A stretch of 64,000 bases of DNA from the human T2T-CHM13v2.0 reference genome, Homo sapiens. Shown piece by piece: positions 45,311 through 59,929 of this stretch. The stretch lies in NCBI RefSeq assembly GCF_009914755.1, contig NC_060925.1. One strand, written 5' to 3'. Under the pieces are notes generated by a model, which had not been told where the DNA came from, did not search any database, and saw only the letters and a list, made by a program, of their open reading frames with translations. Numbering within the stretch: position 1 is the first letter of the stretch; every line of letters begins with the position of its first letter. A program made the position numbers and the translations under genes.

Positions 45311-46714
45311 TTTTAAATAAGTAAATTAAGATCATCCAATCCCAATGAAGGGCCTGGTTCATGGGTGCTTGATGGATGTTAGTTTCCTTCTTCTTTTTAA
45401 TTCATCAGACGCCCCTCACATAAGTGGACCACCATAGCTGGCAGCCATTCACATTAATACTGAAAATCAATCAACCAACCAACATGCATTAAGGGCCTAC
45501 TTTATGTAAGGCCCTGTGTGGGACCCCAGGGCGATATACACGACCATGTCTCCATTCAAGGAGATGTCGACCTTATTAGGGAATCAGTATGTGAACATAT
45601 GAAAAACTAAATGACAATAAAAGATAGTTTATCAACACCAAAGTCATAAAACTCACCCTAATTGCCATATGACTCACTGCCCACTTTCAAGAGGTAAAGG
45701 GTCCTATAAGCTAGATTGAAATGGATGGTTTCATGCAGGCAAAGGATTTGAGAAGGGCTTTGAGAGATGGATTAGATTTAGGCAACCTGTGAGGAGGGAG
45801 AGTTGTAGTTTATTCTGAGCAAACTTTTGGATATTTCCCCCCAGTGACTTTCAAACATCTCAGGTACTTTTAGGGGAAGTGTTCTGCTAAAGACAGGCAA
45901 AGTCAGCCACGTGAACACACCACTAAACATCGCCATCTCCACCTCCTCCCCTCTGACAGCCTGCCTCCTTGCCAGGCTGCCGCCCTCCTCCTTCCCCTAT
46001 CTCAACATGAGACAAAACAGCCTTTCTTTTTTTCTGGGATTATTTAGAAGCAGTTTCCCATAATTACAGTAATCTTATCTTCTTTGAATTCACCAAAATT
46101 ACCCCTTTTCTTTATATTAGCACCACTGCTACATGACAGACATTATTTGTAAGCTTTGTGCCATGGTGCAATGTTGTTTTTTTAAAGTGACATCTGCTCA
46201 AATAAATTAATGTTCCTATCTAACTGACTCACTTGGTGAGAACATGTCCACATGCCAATGTGAATGGGAGGGGAGTGGGGGGAAATGCAGGAAGAGGAAA
46301 GCATCTGGAAGAATATTTTCTGGTGTTTTAGATTAAGAATAGACTATTTTATTTCCTACAGAAAAGCAGTGGACATTAGTTGAAGCAACAGCAATGACTA
46401 ATTGTCTCATAATGTCTGAAACATGCCACGTTTCAAGATGAGTGAAGATGGTCATGCTTTTCAAGTACATTTTGATGAACTTGGTGATTCTCACCGACAT
46501 TTCCTTGTTCTCAACAACCTGAAAATTTCTCGGTTCATCTACCCTCCAGCTATGCCCTTCTGAAGTGAACCTCTTTGAGAAAGCGCTGAGATTCCATCTG
46601 CACCTTCCTGCATTCACAACCTGTGTTTTCACACATCCAGTGGCTTCTGCTCCCAGAAATCCATCCTCAAATGGCCCTGAGAAGTCAGAGGAGGATGTGG
46701 TTCCCTGTTAGGGT

Positions 46715-46960
46715 CCATTTATTCATCATTTAGTCTATTTACTGAGGTCCTACTATGTGCCAGGCCTTGGGGACACAAAGATGGTCCTACTATGTGCCAA
46801 GCCTTGGGGACACAAAGAGTTCTGTCCTCCAAGAGCTCACAGTCTTATATGGCCATGATCAAGAAAAGTACCAGGGCACCATGGGAGACTGACACTCAAA
46901 GCAGAGCACAAGGAAGGGGGTAGATAAGGCTTCTCCGAGGAAGTGACACCTGAGTGGGAT
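46715..46960 (-). mobile_element. L2 3' end fragment
   Basis: 'tatttactgaggtcctactatgtgccaggccttggggacacaaag...gagctcacagtct'. Confidence 0.8.
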
Positions 46961-48179
46961 GTAAAATATTCATTTCTGCTTACAAACTTCAATCATCTCA
47001 CAATGACTGTTTCATAATATCCAGACTCCCTCGTCTGGATCTCCAGGCTCCGTATACACTGATCCTCTAGACATCCCTACCCCATCTCTCTCCCCACCAT
47101 CATGAATCACCAGCTCCTGCTGGGAAAGCCTATTCCCTTGCTTCCCCTGCATACCCCTTTATTCTTAACTCGGGGTATTTGCTCTCTTTATTCTTAACTC
47201 TGGATCTTTGCTCATGTTTTCTGTCTAAAATGAACCATCCACTACCACCTCTACCAACACCATTAGCAATAAGTATTCAGATACACATCGGTTTCAGGGA
47301 CCAGCTTATTTTCTTTATGAAACTTCCTGCAATCACCCCAGTTCTTTACGAAACTTTCTCTATCCACCTCAAACATTTTAGAGCTTCTCTGAATTTCCAT
47401 AGTACTTAAGCTATAAGTATAACTTAGACAATACATGTAAAGTAATAGTTACAAACTCATAAAGCACAATGCAAGCATGAGGTGTGGCCATTATCTTAAA
47501 CTGATAAGGGAAATTTTGATGTCCCTCACCAACACTAAATTTGTTTTCTTAGGCAAGTAGTTTCTTTAGCTATAAAACTGAGAAAAACATATTTACATTG
47601 CAAAACATATTTACATTACATTATTGTGAAGATTAACCAGATACATTGACATGCATACAAAATGCCTGGTTTGTCATAGGCAGCTCTTGATGGAATGGTA
47701 ATAGCAGTAGGAATGTTGTTATTTCTCAAAGAGGATAAGTATATTTGTTCCTTTTTGTTCAATAGACCAGGTTAGGTGTGTGTATTAAGGTGGTAAGAGG
47801 CAGAAAATTTGTCTTATGAAAAAAGTTTATCATGAAGGATAAAAGTAAACATCCTTCAGAGCTCTGCAACTTTTATCTCAAAACTCCAAAGAGAATTATA
47901 GTATTGTAATGGTTGATGATTCCCCATTTCCTGTGTCACTGGTTCCTGGCAGGAAGACAATGGCTTGGCCCTGACACTCCCTTCCAGACTATGGGATCAT
48001 TGTTCTCTAGTAGACAGTGTTTATCAAAAATGGAGGCACTTGCTGGCTGAGGGAAGTAGAGATGAAGGAGAGAGCAGAGTAGCAGCTGCTCTTTTTGGAA
48101 GGTAGTGCGTTTCTGACCCTAGGATCAAAGGGTTCTCCTGTGTGGAACTTGGATGCTGAGCCATCAGCAAAACTTGAAG

Positions 48180-48404
48180 AATGGTTGTCAACGTCGGACA
48201 TTTTACAGCCCGCCCAGCCAGGACATTTGACAATGTCTAGAGACATTTCTGGTTGTCACAACTTAGGCAGGATGGGGGGATTCTATTGGCACCTAATGAA
48301 TAGAGGCCAGGGATGCACTAAACATCGTACAATGCACAAGACAGCACCTCAACAAAGACGTTTCTGGCCCAAAATATCAACAGTGTTGAGGGTGAGAAAC
48401 CCTG
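48180..48404 (+). mobile_element. MER20
   Basis: 'ggacatttgacaatgtctagagacatttctggttgtcacaact...tagaggccagggatgc...tgagaaaccctg'. Confidence 0.9.
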
Positions 48405-48616
48405 AGTTAGAAATAGTTGTAACCCACCATCCTAGGTTCTGCTAATCCTAGCTGAGTGATCAGAGCTCCAAACTGTTTCTCCCCTGCGTCTTCTCTAGAC
48501 CAGAGTCCAGAATGACCACACTGGAATTAATTAATGGAAATCAGTCAGCAAAACTTCAAGATCTAGTACAAATGTGACTTCCTCTATGAATTCACCCTAG
48601 GTAGAGTACCCCTTCC

Positions 48617-48990
48617 TGTGTCAGTCAGGGTCTGACTGCCTTAACTACTTACAACTGGAGTGTTTTAATATAAAGAATTGATTCCAGGTGATGGAAAAGT
48701 TAAACCCAAACAGGATGGTGAAGCAACCTAGAGATTAACAGCCAGCAAGAAGCTATTACCACCCAAGGACTGGAAAGAAGGAAGTCAGTGTTACTAGAAC
48801 CCGTGGCCAGCTGGAGCAGATCCATAAAGTGCAGTCATCACTGCAGCCACTTACAAGACAAGCAGATAGGAAGAAATGCTTCAGCTTCTCCCTTTTTCCC
48901 ATTGGCTGAATCCAAGTAAGGTCACTGACAGGGAAACCTAGGAGATGCAACCTGTAAGATCAGTCCTCAAACAAAACAAGAGGAATGAAA
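48617..48990. mobile_element. LTR33-like ERVL LTR fragment
   Basis: 'tgtgtcagtcagggtc...tttaatataaagaattg...cccattggctgaatccaa...gggaaacctaggagatgca'. Confidence 0.6.
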
Positions 48991-49005
48991 AAAAGAGGAG
49001 GAACA

Positions 49006-49266
<261 letters not shown>

Positions 49267-49344
49267 TCAAGATCAACAGAGTACCCAGTGTACCTTGGAT
49301 ATGCCTCTTCTGCAGCTCTTCTGTGATAATGATGTTGTCTCATC

Positions 49345-49951
<607 letters not shown>

Positions 49952-50238
49952 AGCCCCTTTCCTCCTGGGTCTTGATGTCTAAAGCATATTAAAGATTATC
50001 TTTCATTCATTCATTCACAATGTGGAAACTAACAAGAACAGAGACAGTGCCATGGCAACATCATATTTCAGAGGTGTCTTTTGGGCATGTAAAATGTTGC
50101 AGCAACTCTCAAATTACCTTGCTTGAGCAAATATTTAATTTGTACCTTTATATTCAAAAATAAATTTTTAGTCAGTAATTAACAGTATCAGTAGGAAAAG
50201 GGAAAAAAATGCAAAATGACAAATGAAGTGCCTTAGAA

Positions 50239-50425
50239 CAGTGCTTCTTAAACTTCAGGATGGCAACAAAATCACCTGGAAAACTTGTTAAAACACAGAC
50301 TTCTAGACCCTAAACTCGGAGATTCTGATTCAGTACGTTTGGAGTGGGGCCTAAGAATTTGCATTTCTAAGCTCCCAAATGTTGTTGATGTTGCTGGTCC
50401 CAGGACCACAGTTCAAGTGGTGTTA
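50239..50425 (+). mobile_element. MER5A
   Basis: 'aatcacctggaaaacttgttaaaacacagac...gattctgattcagta...ggggcctaagaatttgcatttctaa'; TSD-like ccttagaa / gtttagaa. Confidence 0.9.
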
Positions 50426-52282
50426 GTTTAGAATAGGATGCTGGAAGTATGGAGACAGTCAATGAAAACTGCCCACTGTCTTAGAAACAACCTAGACATT
50501 CTGCCTTTTAAAATCATATAAGTGAAACATATAAAAAGCTGAGGTTCCCACATTTCTGGCATGGAAAGATCATTAAAGAACCAAGAGAAAAACTGACTTT
50601 AAGGTGGCTTGGATAAACTATCCAGGTGATTTGATAAAAGGGGAATTCACACATCTACAAGGACCTTGGGGGTTTCATTGGGTATGGCTGCCTGGCTGCC
50701 AGTCTGTGGTCAGTTTAGCCACAGTTTTGCCAGCCACTTCGGCCAGGGACACAGACAGTGTTCTCACAATGTGGCAATTGCAGCAGCCTATTCTAGGCAG
50801 AGGTGCCAGGGAGGATTTGGGGAGAATTGAGGAGACTTTAGATCCCTTTCAACCCATCACAAATAAGCACACAGTGTAAGTTTTTTAAAAAGCATGCTCA
50901 CTATTCAAGCATGATTTCAATGCAAGTCTTCTAGCCTGCCACACTCTTCCCACTAAATTACTACCCCTGAGTACTTCCTACACAGAAACCAGTGCCAAGG
51001 AGCGTGGGTTAAAATCCAGCCTCAGTGATCTAATCCATTTCTGTGAAGTGTGTATGAGATTTCACATAGACAGTAGGGCAGAATAAGTGATTTCACAGGC
51101 CTGGAAATAAATTATTGGCTGTCTAAACATAGACACTAAATTTAGGTATCGACAGAGCTTAACATAAGACTTCCTTCCTCCTCCTTCCTTTTCCTGTTTC
51201 TCCTCCTTCCTCCATTTTCTCTCTTTCTCTGCACATCTCTAACTCCCACCCCCTCCTGCCCACCCCTCTGAACAATCAGTGGGCTTTTTGGCACTGCTTG
51301 ACTTCATCCTGAGCAGTTCCTCGCTCTTCTTTACTAAACTGGCAGAACCACAAAGATGTTCGCATCATCCTCCTTGCCTGACCAAATCTCTGCTAGGCCT
51401 TTCCATTAATTAACCTGATTGTTCCATAAGAGCTGTGTCATCTGGGCACCCTAGGCCCCTCTCACATTGCCTCTGAGTCTGAATGACCCAATCAGAGGAT
51501 TCAAACCAGGACGGGCTTCCCTGCCTGCTTTATGTGCATGCTGGCTACCTGGGCTCTGTTTAGTTCAGAGACTGAGTCTACACAGTGAGCAGTCAACATA
51601 TAATGCGTAAAGATTGATAATTTCTCATCGACTGCCCCAGAATAAGGCTTTATATATTATTTCAAAAGTTTTCATTCCCTATCTCTATGCCTTCAAAAAC
51701 AAAATCCATCGTGGAAAACCTGGTCCCTAACTTGGAATTTCGGAATTCTGACATCAGGTTTCTGAAATGACTCTTTTTTTTTTTTTTTGTCCTATGACCT
51801 ATCTGCCAAGCTGTCAAGTCTCTGGGTCTAGAGTTCTCTCAGTTCTGCCTTTGGCCTTCCCCTAATCTGCATCATCACTGGTGGGAGTAACACTGTTCTA
51901 GGAACACAGAGGTGTCACATGAGTAGGAGATACAATCCTTCCCTGAAAACAGGTATTGAAACTGTCTCAGGTGCTATAAGCAGGGACAAAAGCCAATGTT
52001 CTAGCCATCCATCAACCACGTGGGATGGTCTAGAACAAACTGAGGAGGAAAGTCGGGGAATGCATTCTAGAATGAACTCTGCCCTTCTGTGCACATCAGG
52101 ATTATGAGAGAGCCCTTCTGGGGTCACGGTTACTATTTTGGAAATTTACCTATAGATATCTAGTCCTAAATTTCCTATCATGGGGTAAGACAGCCAGCAT
52201 GGGTCTCCCAGCCAAGATCACTTTATTGGGCCTGATTTTGTTCTTTATTTTAAAAAAAAAATCTAGATTGAAAGCATACTCA

Positions 52283-52425
52283 GGCCAGGTGCAGTGCCAC
52301 ATGCCTGTAATCCCAAAACTTAGGGAAGGTGAGGCAAGAGGATCACTTAAGGCCAGGAGTTCAAGACCACACTGGGCAACATAGTAAGACTCCATCTCCA
52401 CCAAAAAGCAAAACAAAACAAAAAT
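52283..52425 (+). mobile_element. FLAM-C / Alu left monomer
   Basis: Monomer plus A-rich tail; TSD-like attgaaagcatact / attgaagtcatgct. Confidence 0.9.
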
Positions 52426-52718
52426 CATAATTGAAGTCATGCTAAAGAGCTATGAACATTTCACCCAGGTATAGCTGCTTCTCAAGCCAAGGAGAAGAGG
52501 GTGTTTGTTCCTTAATTTCCTTGCATGAATTCTCACTGAGAAAGGGAGGTACTCACTGAGGTACTCACACAGGTACTTAGAAAAAAAGAAGCAATGAGGG
52601 CAAAGCATGAAAACTGGAGATCCTGGAAATGTATCGGATCCAAGTCCCTAGGCTTAAAAGCCGTCAACAATATTATCAAAATAATTTTGGTATCCCCGAG
52701 AGTAGGCTTTTAGGTAGC

Positions 52719-52722
<4 letters not shown>

Positions 52723-52770
<48 letters not shown>
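52723..52770. repeat. (AC)24 microsatellite
   Basis: Directly visible. Confidence 0.95.
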
Positions 52771-52774
<4 letters not shown>

Positions 52775-52839
52775 ATCTGTAATTACTTTGGATATTTTCA
52801 TTAATATTTGATTTTCTGAATAATAATTTTAAAATCTAA

Positions 52840-53051
<212 letters not shown>

Positions 53052-53432
53052 GAAATCGTATTTCTTAGGCATTTTACTTCAACTTACAAATTTTGTTATT
53101 CTAGTTATGAATCTAGAAAACTTGAGCACCATTTTTAAGAAAGAAATTTGTTGATTAAATACTCATGAACATTAAAATGCATCAATCAATTTAATCTATT
53201 TTATTTGCTCTGTAAGACTTAATTATCTGACTAATAGAATCTTACCGAATATTTAGATAGCTTTTATAAATATAATAAATAAGACTCAAAACAATGGTGA
53301 ATCTTATATTCTCTTAGCATTACCATGTTGTTTCTATACATAGTTAATTCCCCTCCTACTTTTCATATTAAAAAATTACACATCTCAATCAACCATTCAG
53401 TTTAAATTAGAATCATTAGTCTTAGCTGCTGG

Positions 53433-54146
53433 TGTTTCAACTATCTATTGCTATGAAACAAACTGCCCCAGAATTTGGTGGCTTAGAATAACCATCATCT
53501 TACTTCTTCCTAGAGTCTGTGGGTTGACTGGGCTTGATTGGGCAGTTCTCACTCAGTTGTAATCATGCAGGACCTGGGGCTGGCACCACCTGGAGGCTTG
53601 ACTGGAGTGTGCTGGGACAGCTGGGCCTCTCTCTCACCAAGCAGCCCCAAGTGTCCCTTCTCCAAGTGGCATCTCCATATGGACTCTCCAGCAGGACAGC
53701 CAGACTACTTACACGATGCCACATGACTTTCAAAAGGGAGAGTTCCACAGTAGACACTGGGGACTACAAGAGGGGAGAGAGAGGGACGGGGGGAAGGGCT
53801 GAAAAATTGCCTGTCAGGTACTATGTTCACTACCTGGGTGACAAGTTCAGTCATACTCCAAGCCTCAGCGCCACACAATATACCCTTGTGTAGCAAACCT
53901 GCACATGTACCCCCTGAATCTAAAATAAAAGTTGAAGATGAGAGAGAGAGACCCAACGGAGAAAAAGGAGAAGCTACCAGTCCTCTTAAAGTTTAGGCCT
54001 AGAACTGGCACAGAGCCACTTCCACCCCCTTCTATTGGCTAACATGAATATAGACCAGCCCAAATTCAATGAGGGGACTGAACAAGAGTGTAAATATTGG
54101 GAAGTGTGGTTCATTGGATGACTCTCCTTAAAGACTAGTTACCACA
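53433..54146 (-). mobile_element. MLT1G/H-like LTR, split by a short L1
   Basis: 'tgtttcaactatctattgct...gagtctgtgggttgactggg...ttaggcctagaactggcacag...gactagttaccaca'. Confidence 0.75.
53748..53936 (+). mobile_element. L1PA15/16-like extreme 3' end
   Basis: 'tagacactggggactac...tatgttcactacctgggtgac...gcaaacctgcacatgtaccccctgaatctaaaataaaagttg'. Confidence 0.85.
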
Positions 54147-54459
54147 GTTAGATAATCCAGTATGCCAAAATTTCTGAAAGCTTACAAATATCATAAATAC
54201 CAAAAACATATATATATAGGTATTTGTGATATTTTATTTATAAATTATATATAATATATATTATATATAAAGTTCTTGTGACAAGGACTGCTGTTGCTCA
54301 CCAATATCTGTGTTCTCTTCTTCCCAGGCACACAGCAATACCACATTTTCCAGTCTCCCTTGAAGTTAGGTGTGGCCATGTCAATGAGTTTTGGTCAGTG
54401 GAATATGTGTGGAAGTGTCATGCCTCGCTCCCAGGCCTGGTCTATCTGAGTGCCCTACT

Positions 54460-56150
54460 AGATTTAGTATCCATCATTGATTGTTGCCTGAAGTAGTATT
54501 CACTATGATGGTTGCAAAATGATGGATTTTCAACTCTGACATTCTCTCCACACTTACTAGTCAGTACTTGGCTTTACTATAGGCAAGAGCCCTCGCTTCT
54601 CACCCATTTATGTGTTTGTTTATCTATTGATTAACAATATGAGCTCATTGCTGTTCTTAATTCTTTTGGTGTTTAAATTGTCTCAGACTTTGGTGAATGA
54701 GAGCCCCTTTTTGATGGATGTTGTATCTTTTTTTCTTTCTTTTTAAAGAACTTTCCTACTTTCTAACATAAAAAAATACTCCAGACTTATTCTCTACCTA
54801 CCCTGTCCCAGATCTAGAATTTTCCCTTTCTCCAAGAAGCTCTGATTCCTTTCATGGGCAAATGCTATTTAGAAACCAAGGTCTAGATGCTAGCTGGGCT
54901 CATTGCTATTGGGGTGTTTTTGCTTTTAGGAGACAAAGTTAGGAAATACATGAATTTTTATACACACACATACACATGCAAATATATGTACATGAAAAGT
55001 GCACATATATACACACACATACATTTACACAAACAATCTACACAGATTAGAAATCACAAGTTTGCACAGATAACATTAAATGCAATCCATCCCCTGTGGG
55101 GATGGATTTCCCTACACCATTTCATATATATCCATTCACCACAATGAATACCTGGGTCCCAACAAGATATGTGCATTTATTCATTTGCTTAATCCTATAA
55201 TACATCTAAAGTAGTTTCAGAATTTCCTTGTTCATACAACCACAAAAAGAAAGCCTACTCAAAAAAGTTCAGGGTTTGTTTGCCGCTTTCCTCCTCCTAA
55301 GACTTAGGGTATGTAGTCAAATATCATGTTCTTAAGGTTCTTAAGTTAGCCAGCTTGCTCCCATTTTTCATTCTGTGTGGTTATGCAATTCATTCAAAAT
55401 ATCTTAGGGTTCATATGTTTTCATTGGTTTTCAGCATTAGGTTCTTTTCTCCTCCCATCCTTGTTGATTTAATTACATGTTTTTTAAAGAGGTAGAACAT
55501 ACACATGCGTCTAAAAAACAAAACTGTACAGAAAGATGTTCTTAGAAAGTGCCACTCTCTTCCATGTCCCTTCCTCTGCATTTCCCTTCCAACACCATCT
55601 GTAGGTAGCTAACTTGATTGTCTTCTGGTTTATTCTCCCTGTGTTTCTTTTTGTAAAGATAAATATATGCATATGTTTTTAAAATTTCTTCTTTCTTACA
55701 CAAAGGGCAATATAACATATATATATACTCTTTTACATATATATATGCTTTATATATATACTTTGCTTTTTTTAACTTCACATATCTTTTGGAAATCACT
55801 CCATATCAATTCATAGAGACCTTTCTCATTGTTTTCATAATTATATAGCACTATACTATGTGAATGCACCATAGTTTACTCAACTAACCTCCTATGCTTG
55901 TACATTTAGGTAATACACAAAACATTTTCAGTATAAATAATGCTGTAATAAACTTTTGCATTTTTTTAATGTTAAGGCATATCTTTAAGGTAGACTCTAG
56001 GGTCAAAGGGTAAATGCATCAACAAAGTCACCTCCATAAATGTTGTACCATTTTACATTTTTATCAGCAATGCATAAAAATGCCTGCTTCCCCAGCCTAC
56101 TAACACAGTGTATTGTCAAGCTTATAAATTTTTGCCAGTCTTGACAGGTA
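54460..56150 (-). mobile_element. Old L1M (L1MC/ME) 3' region
   Basis: 'tttaaattgtctcaga...gagagcccctt', 'ctccaagaagctctgattcctttcatggg...tagaaaccaaggtctagatgctag', 'ttgtaccattttacatttttatcagcaatg'. Confidence 0.7.
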
Positions 56151-56165
56151 GAAAATAGTATCTCA

Positions 56166-56637
56166 TCCTCCAGTTTCATCCATGTTGTTGTAATTGGTAT
56201 TATACTCCATGAAATAAGCCAGATACAGAAAGAATAAGACTGCATGATCTCACATGTGAAATCTGAAAAAAAAAAAAAGTCAAATACATAGAAACAGAGT
56301 AGAACAGTGGTTACCAGGGATGGGGAGAAGGAAGAAATGGGGAGATGTAGGACAAAGGGTGCAAACTTGTCACTGTGTAAGATAAGTCTAGAGATCTACT
56401 GTATAGCAGGAGGACTACAGTTATTAATATTGTATTATATATTCAAGATTTGCCAAGAGAATGGATTTTAAGTGTGCTTACCACAAAAAAAAATCTGTTA
56501 AATTGCTTACCTATAATAATCATTTCACCATGGATATTTACATCAAACATTACATTGCACACCTTAAATTTATGTAATAAAATATATTATATAAATATGT
56601 ACATATATAAATACATATAATGATAATGCATTAAAAG
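56166..56637 (+). mobile_element. L1MA (MA7-9-like) 3' end with a 32-nt 5' inversion
   Basis: 'gaaataagccagatacagaaaga...gaaacagagtagaacagtggttaccaggg...gtctagagatctactgtatagc'; perfect 17-nt TSD gaaaatagtatctcatc at 56151 and 56638. Confidence 0.9.
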
Positions 56638-57566
56638 GAAAATAGTATCTCATCTATATATGTTGTATAATTTTTCTTAGAGCAAAAAGACACAACTAAC
56701 AAAAGAAACGGGAATATGACCTCAGTGATCTGAGGTTTACAAGCAAACTAGAAAACTCTCAACTCAAAAAGAGTGATTATCAACCAGTGATTTCAGCTGA
56801 GGAGTGAATTCTAGAACTGCCCATATCCAGAGCAATGCCTCTTTGCAAGCCTTGCTGAGTCCTATTTATAATGCACTCTGCCAATTGGAGATCTAATCCA
56901 TTTGCCTCAAATGGGGTTGTTTACACAACTAGACTCCCAAATTTCTGTCTACGTCTTTATTTAATTATTTAATAATCAATTTCAACCTTATTGCCTGATT
57001 AAGGTGGGAAAATATTCCATATGCCAGCTCAGGTAGATTTGCCACTCAATTGACTCAATTAATATATTGATCACTTAACTTTATTAGAATTCTTTGCATA
57101 TGCCTCTTCTCTAGCAGGACATATTTTATATAGGTATGTAAATGGCTAACTGTATTTGTATCTATTTCATACCTATATCTGGTTCTACACTTATAGCTTC
57201 TAAGGTCATTCTATATAAGACTCCAGCCTATCTTTCAAGTCTTTTCCCCCACTTCTTCCACAGAGTCAACACTCTAGATCATGGATTTTCAATGGCTTTT
57301 ATAGTAGAAAATTGTTTCAAATGAAATTCAATATGTATAAAAGATATATACAAAGAAAGGGTAAATTAGGGTATGGTCACTTGCTGCACAAAAGATTTCA
57401 AAACAATATTCTTTTATTTCAAATATCAAAAAATTCTTGAGAAAAGAAACACTTTCATATTCCTACAGAACTTAGCGTGGTAAGTCTAGTTATTTTGTAT
57501 CATACTGTAAATTTTTTTCAACTCTCTATGATTTGTATCCACAGATTTCAAGATTCTTGAATGCAG

Positions 57567-57570
<4 letters not shown>

Positions 57571-57605
<35 letters not shown>
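57571..57605. repeat. (TG)n microsatellite
   Basis: Directly visible. Confidence 0.95.
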
Positions 57606-57606
<1 letters not shown>

Positions 57607-59712
57607 ATGAAATAGTGACAGAATCCCCAAACAGAAGTCTCCCTAGGCAGGGCTCCTATTACTGCTTACCTTGGCTCCCCTTCCACTGCCAGCATGCTGA
57701 ACCAATAGGATTACAGTGAGAATCCTATCCTAGAATAAATATCCTCTTAGGCTCACAACTCTATCTCCCCTTCTCATCTTTCTCAGCAAGTTACATAGTT
57801 CCAACCTTTCTACAGAACTTCAGCTTCCCCAGTCTGGTGAAGTGCTCAGCTAGTTTTTGCTGAGAGGTGCTGGTCTCATAGGTGACATGCTAATTAATTA
57901 ATTAAGCAAATAAGATCCACTGAATGAATAGGCAAATGAATGAAGACCAAAGCTGCTCTTTCTAGACCTTCTGTCACCTTTGTTTCCCACACCACCAATC
58001 TGGACAAGGACAGTCCAAGTCTTATTTTTGTTTATTTTAGTGTACGGTCTTAGAGGCTTTGACCATATAGTCTATGTCACGCCTTCAGCATGGTCAAAAT
58101 TCAGCCGATAATGGTGATGTTTGTTTCATTTCCAATATAGCACCCACATCCTGCAGATGCTATTTACTCTTCTAAGCAGCATCCTGAAACACTGAAGATG
58201 CTGTAGCAGATGCTCCGTGTGTAGCTTCACCTAACTGCGCCAGAGTTTCAGCTTTCACATTGGAAATAAAAGTATGCACAAGGATGGTAGGTGGGAGTGA
58301 GGCCCAGTGGGGGAAGGAGACAGAGGCAGGGAGAAGGAAGGATGTTGGCCTCGGCCTCGCTTTGAGGAGATACAGGGCTTTACAAGAGCTCACTGACATA
58401 GAGAATTGAGCTAAATGTTGCCAAAACTAGGCTGCCTGCAAATGCCAAATAATAGGAATCCTTTATCAGGAACACTAGGAACCTTTTCAGGAGAGAATCA
58501 TAAAGAATTCCGGGAAGTGCATATTCAAAGCCTGTTTCCTAGGCAGCTGAAGCCACCCACCTTCTCTTGCACAAATGGAGCCAAATTCAGTTCTCAAATG
58601 TGCCGTTTGCCTGGGCTTTCAAAACAATCCTAGGAGTTCAGCTGGTTTCTTTTGCTTGCTGAAAGAAGCCTGTAAGAGAAGGGTTTAATGCTGCTCTCTA
58701 TCTGGCCATTGGAAATCCTTTCATTCCCAGCCCATCCTGCCTCCCAAGCACCCTACATCAGCCTCAGTCCTATCTTTGCAGTAGCCTTGAGCTGAGTTGT
58801 CACTGTAGTCACTGTGGAAATGCAACAGAGCAGTTAATCTTCTTGCAGTTCTTTGAAGTCTTGGGGAGGAACAGAACAAATCATCTATTGCCGTCTTGCT
58901 GTCTTCTGGGGCCCTGCAGATAGCTTTAAAATTTGGCTTTAGTTGGAATATGGGACTGGGACACAGATCTTGGGGAGAAAATAAGAGTTTGTTTAAATAA
59001 ATTATAGTACAACTATGTGATAAAATATTACATAGCCATTAAGAAACATGTATAAGAGTACCTAATTATATAGGGGAAAGTTCAGGATAATGTATTAAAT
59101 GGGGGAAAAAAAGCAAGTTTCAAAAGAGAATGGTCTGAGGAAAGTGAAAATGTGTGTATCTAGAAAGAAAAAACCACCAAATTTCAATTGTGGCTACATC
59201 TGGGTATAGAACTGTGGATAGTTTTTAATTCCCTCTTTTCCTTTCCTTTCAAATTTTCTATGAGGAACACATATTAAATTTTAATCATAGAAACGATATT
59301 AATATAGAATAAAACAAAAATAATAAAGGAAATATAATGTACAAATTAGGCAAAAGTCATGCCAGGTTATGACCAGAGAATTTTCCCTCGCATCACTAAG
59401 TCATTTCTCTTCCTTCCCCTTCTAGCACCTGTAGTCTCGTCTTTACAAGTCAACATTGTTTTGTACATCGTCCTACATCTCTGATAGCTCACTGAAAGCA
59501 TGTTCTGTTTCCCCAGGACTGCCTTTTATTTTTCTCTTGCACACAAACCCCCACCTTCAATGACTAAGCGTAGAGCTATACACACGGCAGGTATAAGGTT
59601 GAATGGTAAATTTAACAAAGCCAGAGTCACTATGAGAAGGAAAGGAATGTTAAGAGGTGCTGGGAAAGGGGTGAGTCAAGTGGCCTAAATGAAGGTGATA
59701 GAGAGATAAAGA

Positions 59713-59744
59713 GACAGATAGATAGATAGATATAGACAGATAGA

Positions 59745-59776
<32 letters not shown>

Positions 59777-59786
59777 TAGATAGATA
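59713..59786. repeat. (GATA)n/(GACA)n compound tetranucleotide repeat
   Basis: Directly visible. Confidence 0.95.
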
Positions 59787-59881
59787 AGCAATTTTTCATC
59801 CCGATGCTTTATATTCCCTAGAAGGAAGGTGACGGGATCTTCTGAACAATGTTTTTATCTGAAAAAATTATCCCTCTCTCT

Positions 59882-59884
<3 letters not shown>

Positions 59885-59927
<43 letters not shown>
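59885..59927. repeat. (AC)n microsatellite
   Basis: Directly visible. Confidence 0.95.

Positions 59928-59929
<2 letters not shown>

Noticed and set aside
46240-46260. p53-like element GAACATGTCC
   Set aside because: Only one half-site; the neighbouring CATG is not at the correct spacing.
46333-46632. 99-aa minus-strand ORF that looks protein-like
   Set aside because: No recognisable family and no convincing splice or start context; length is within chance expectation for 64 kb.
54245-54270. Perfect 26-nt palindrome
   Set aside because: Composed only of (TA)n low-complexity sequence; expected by chance in such tracts.
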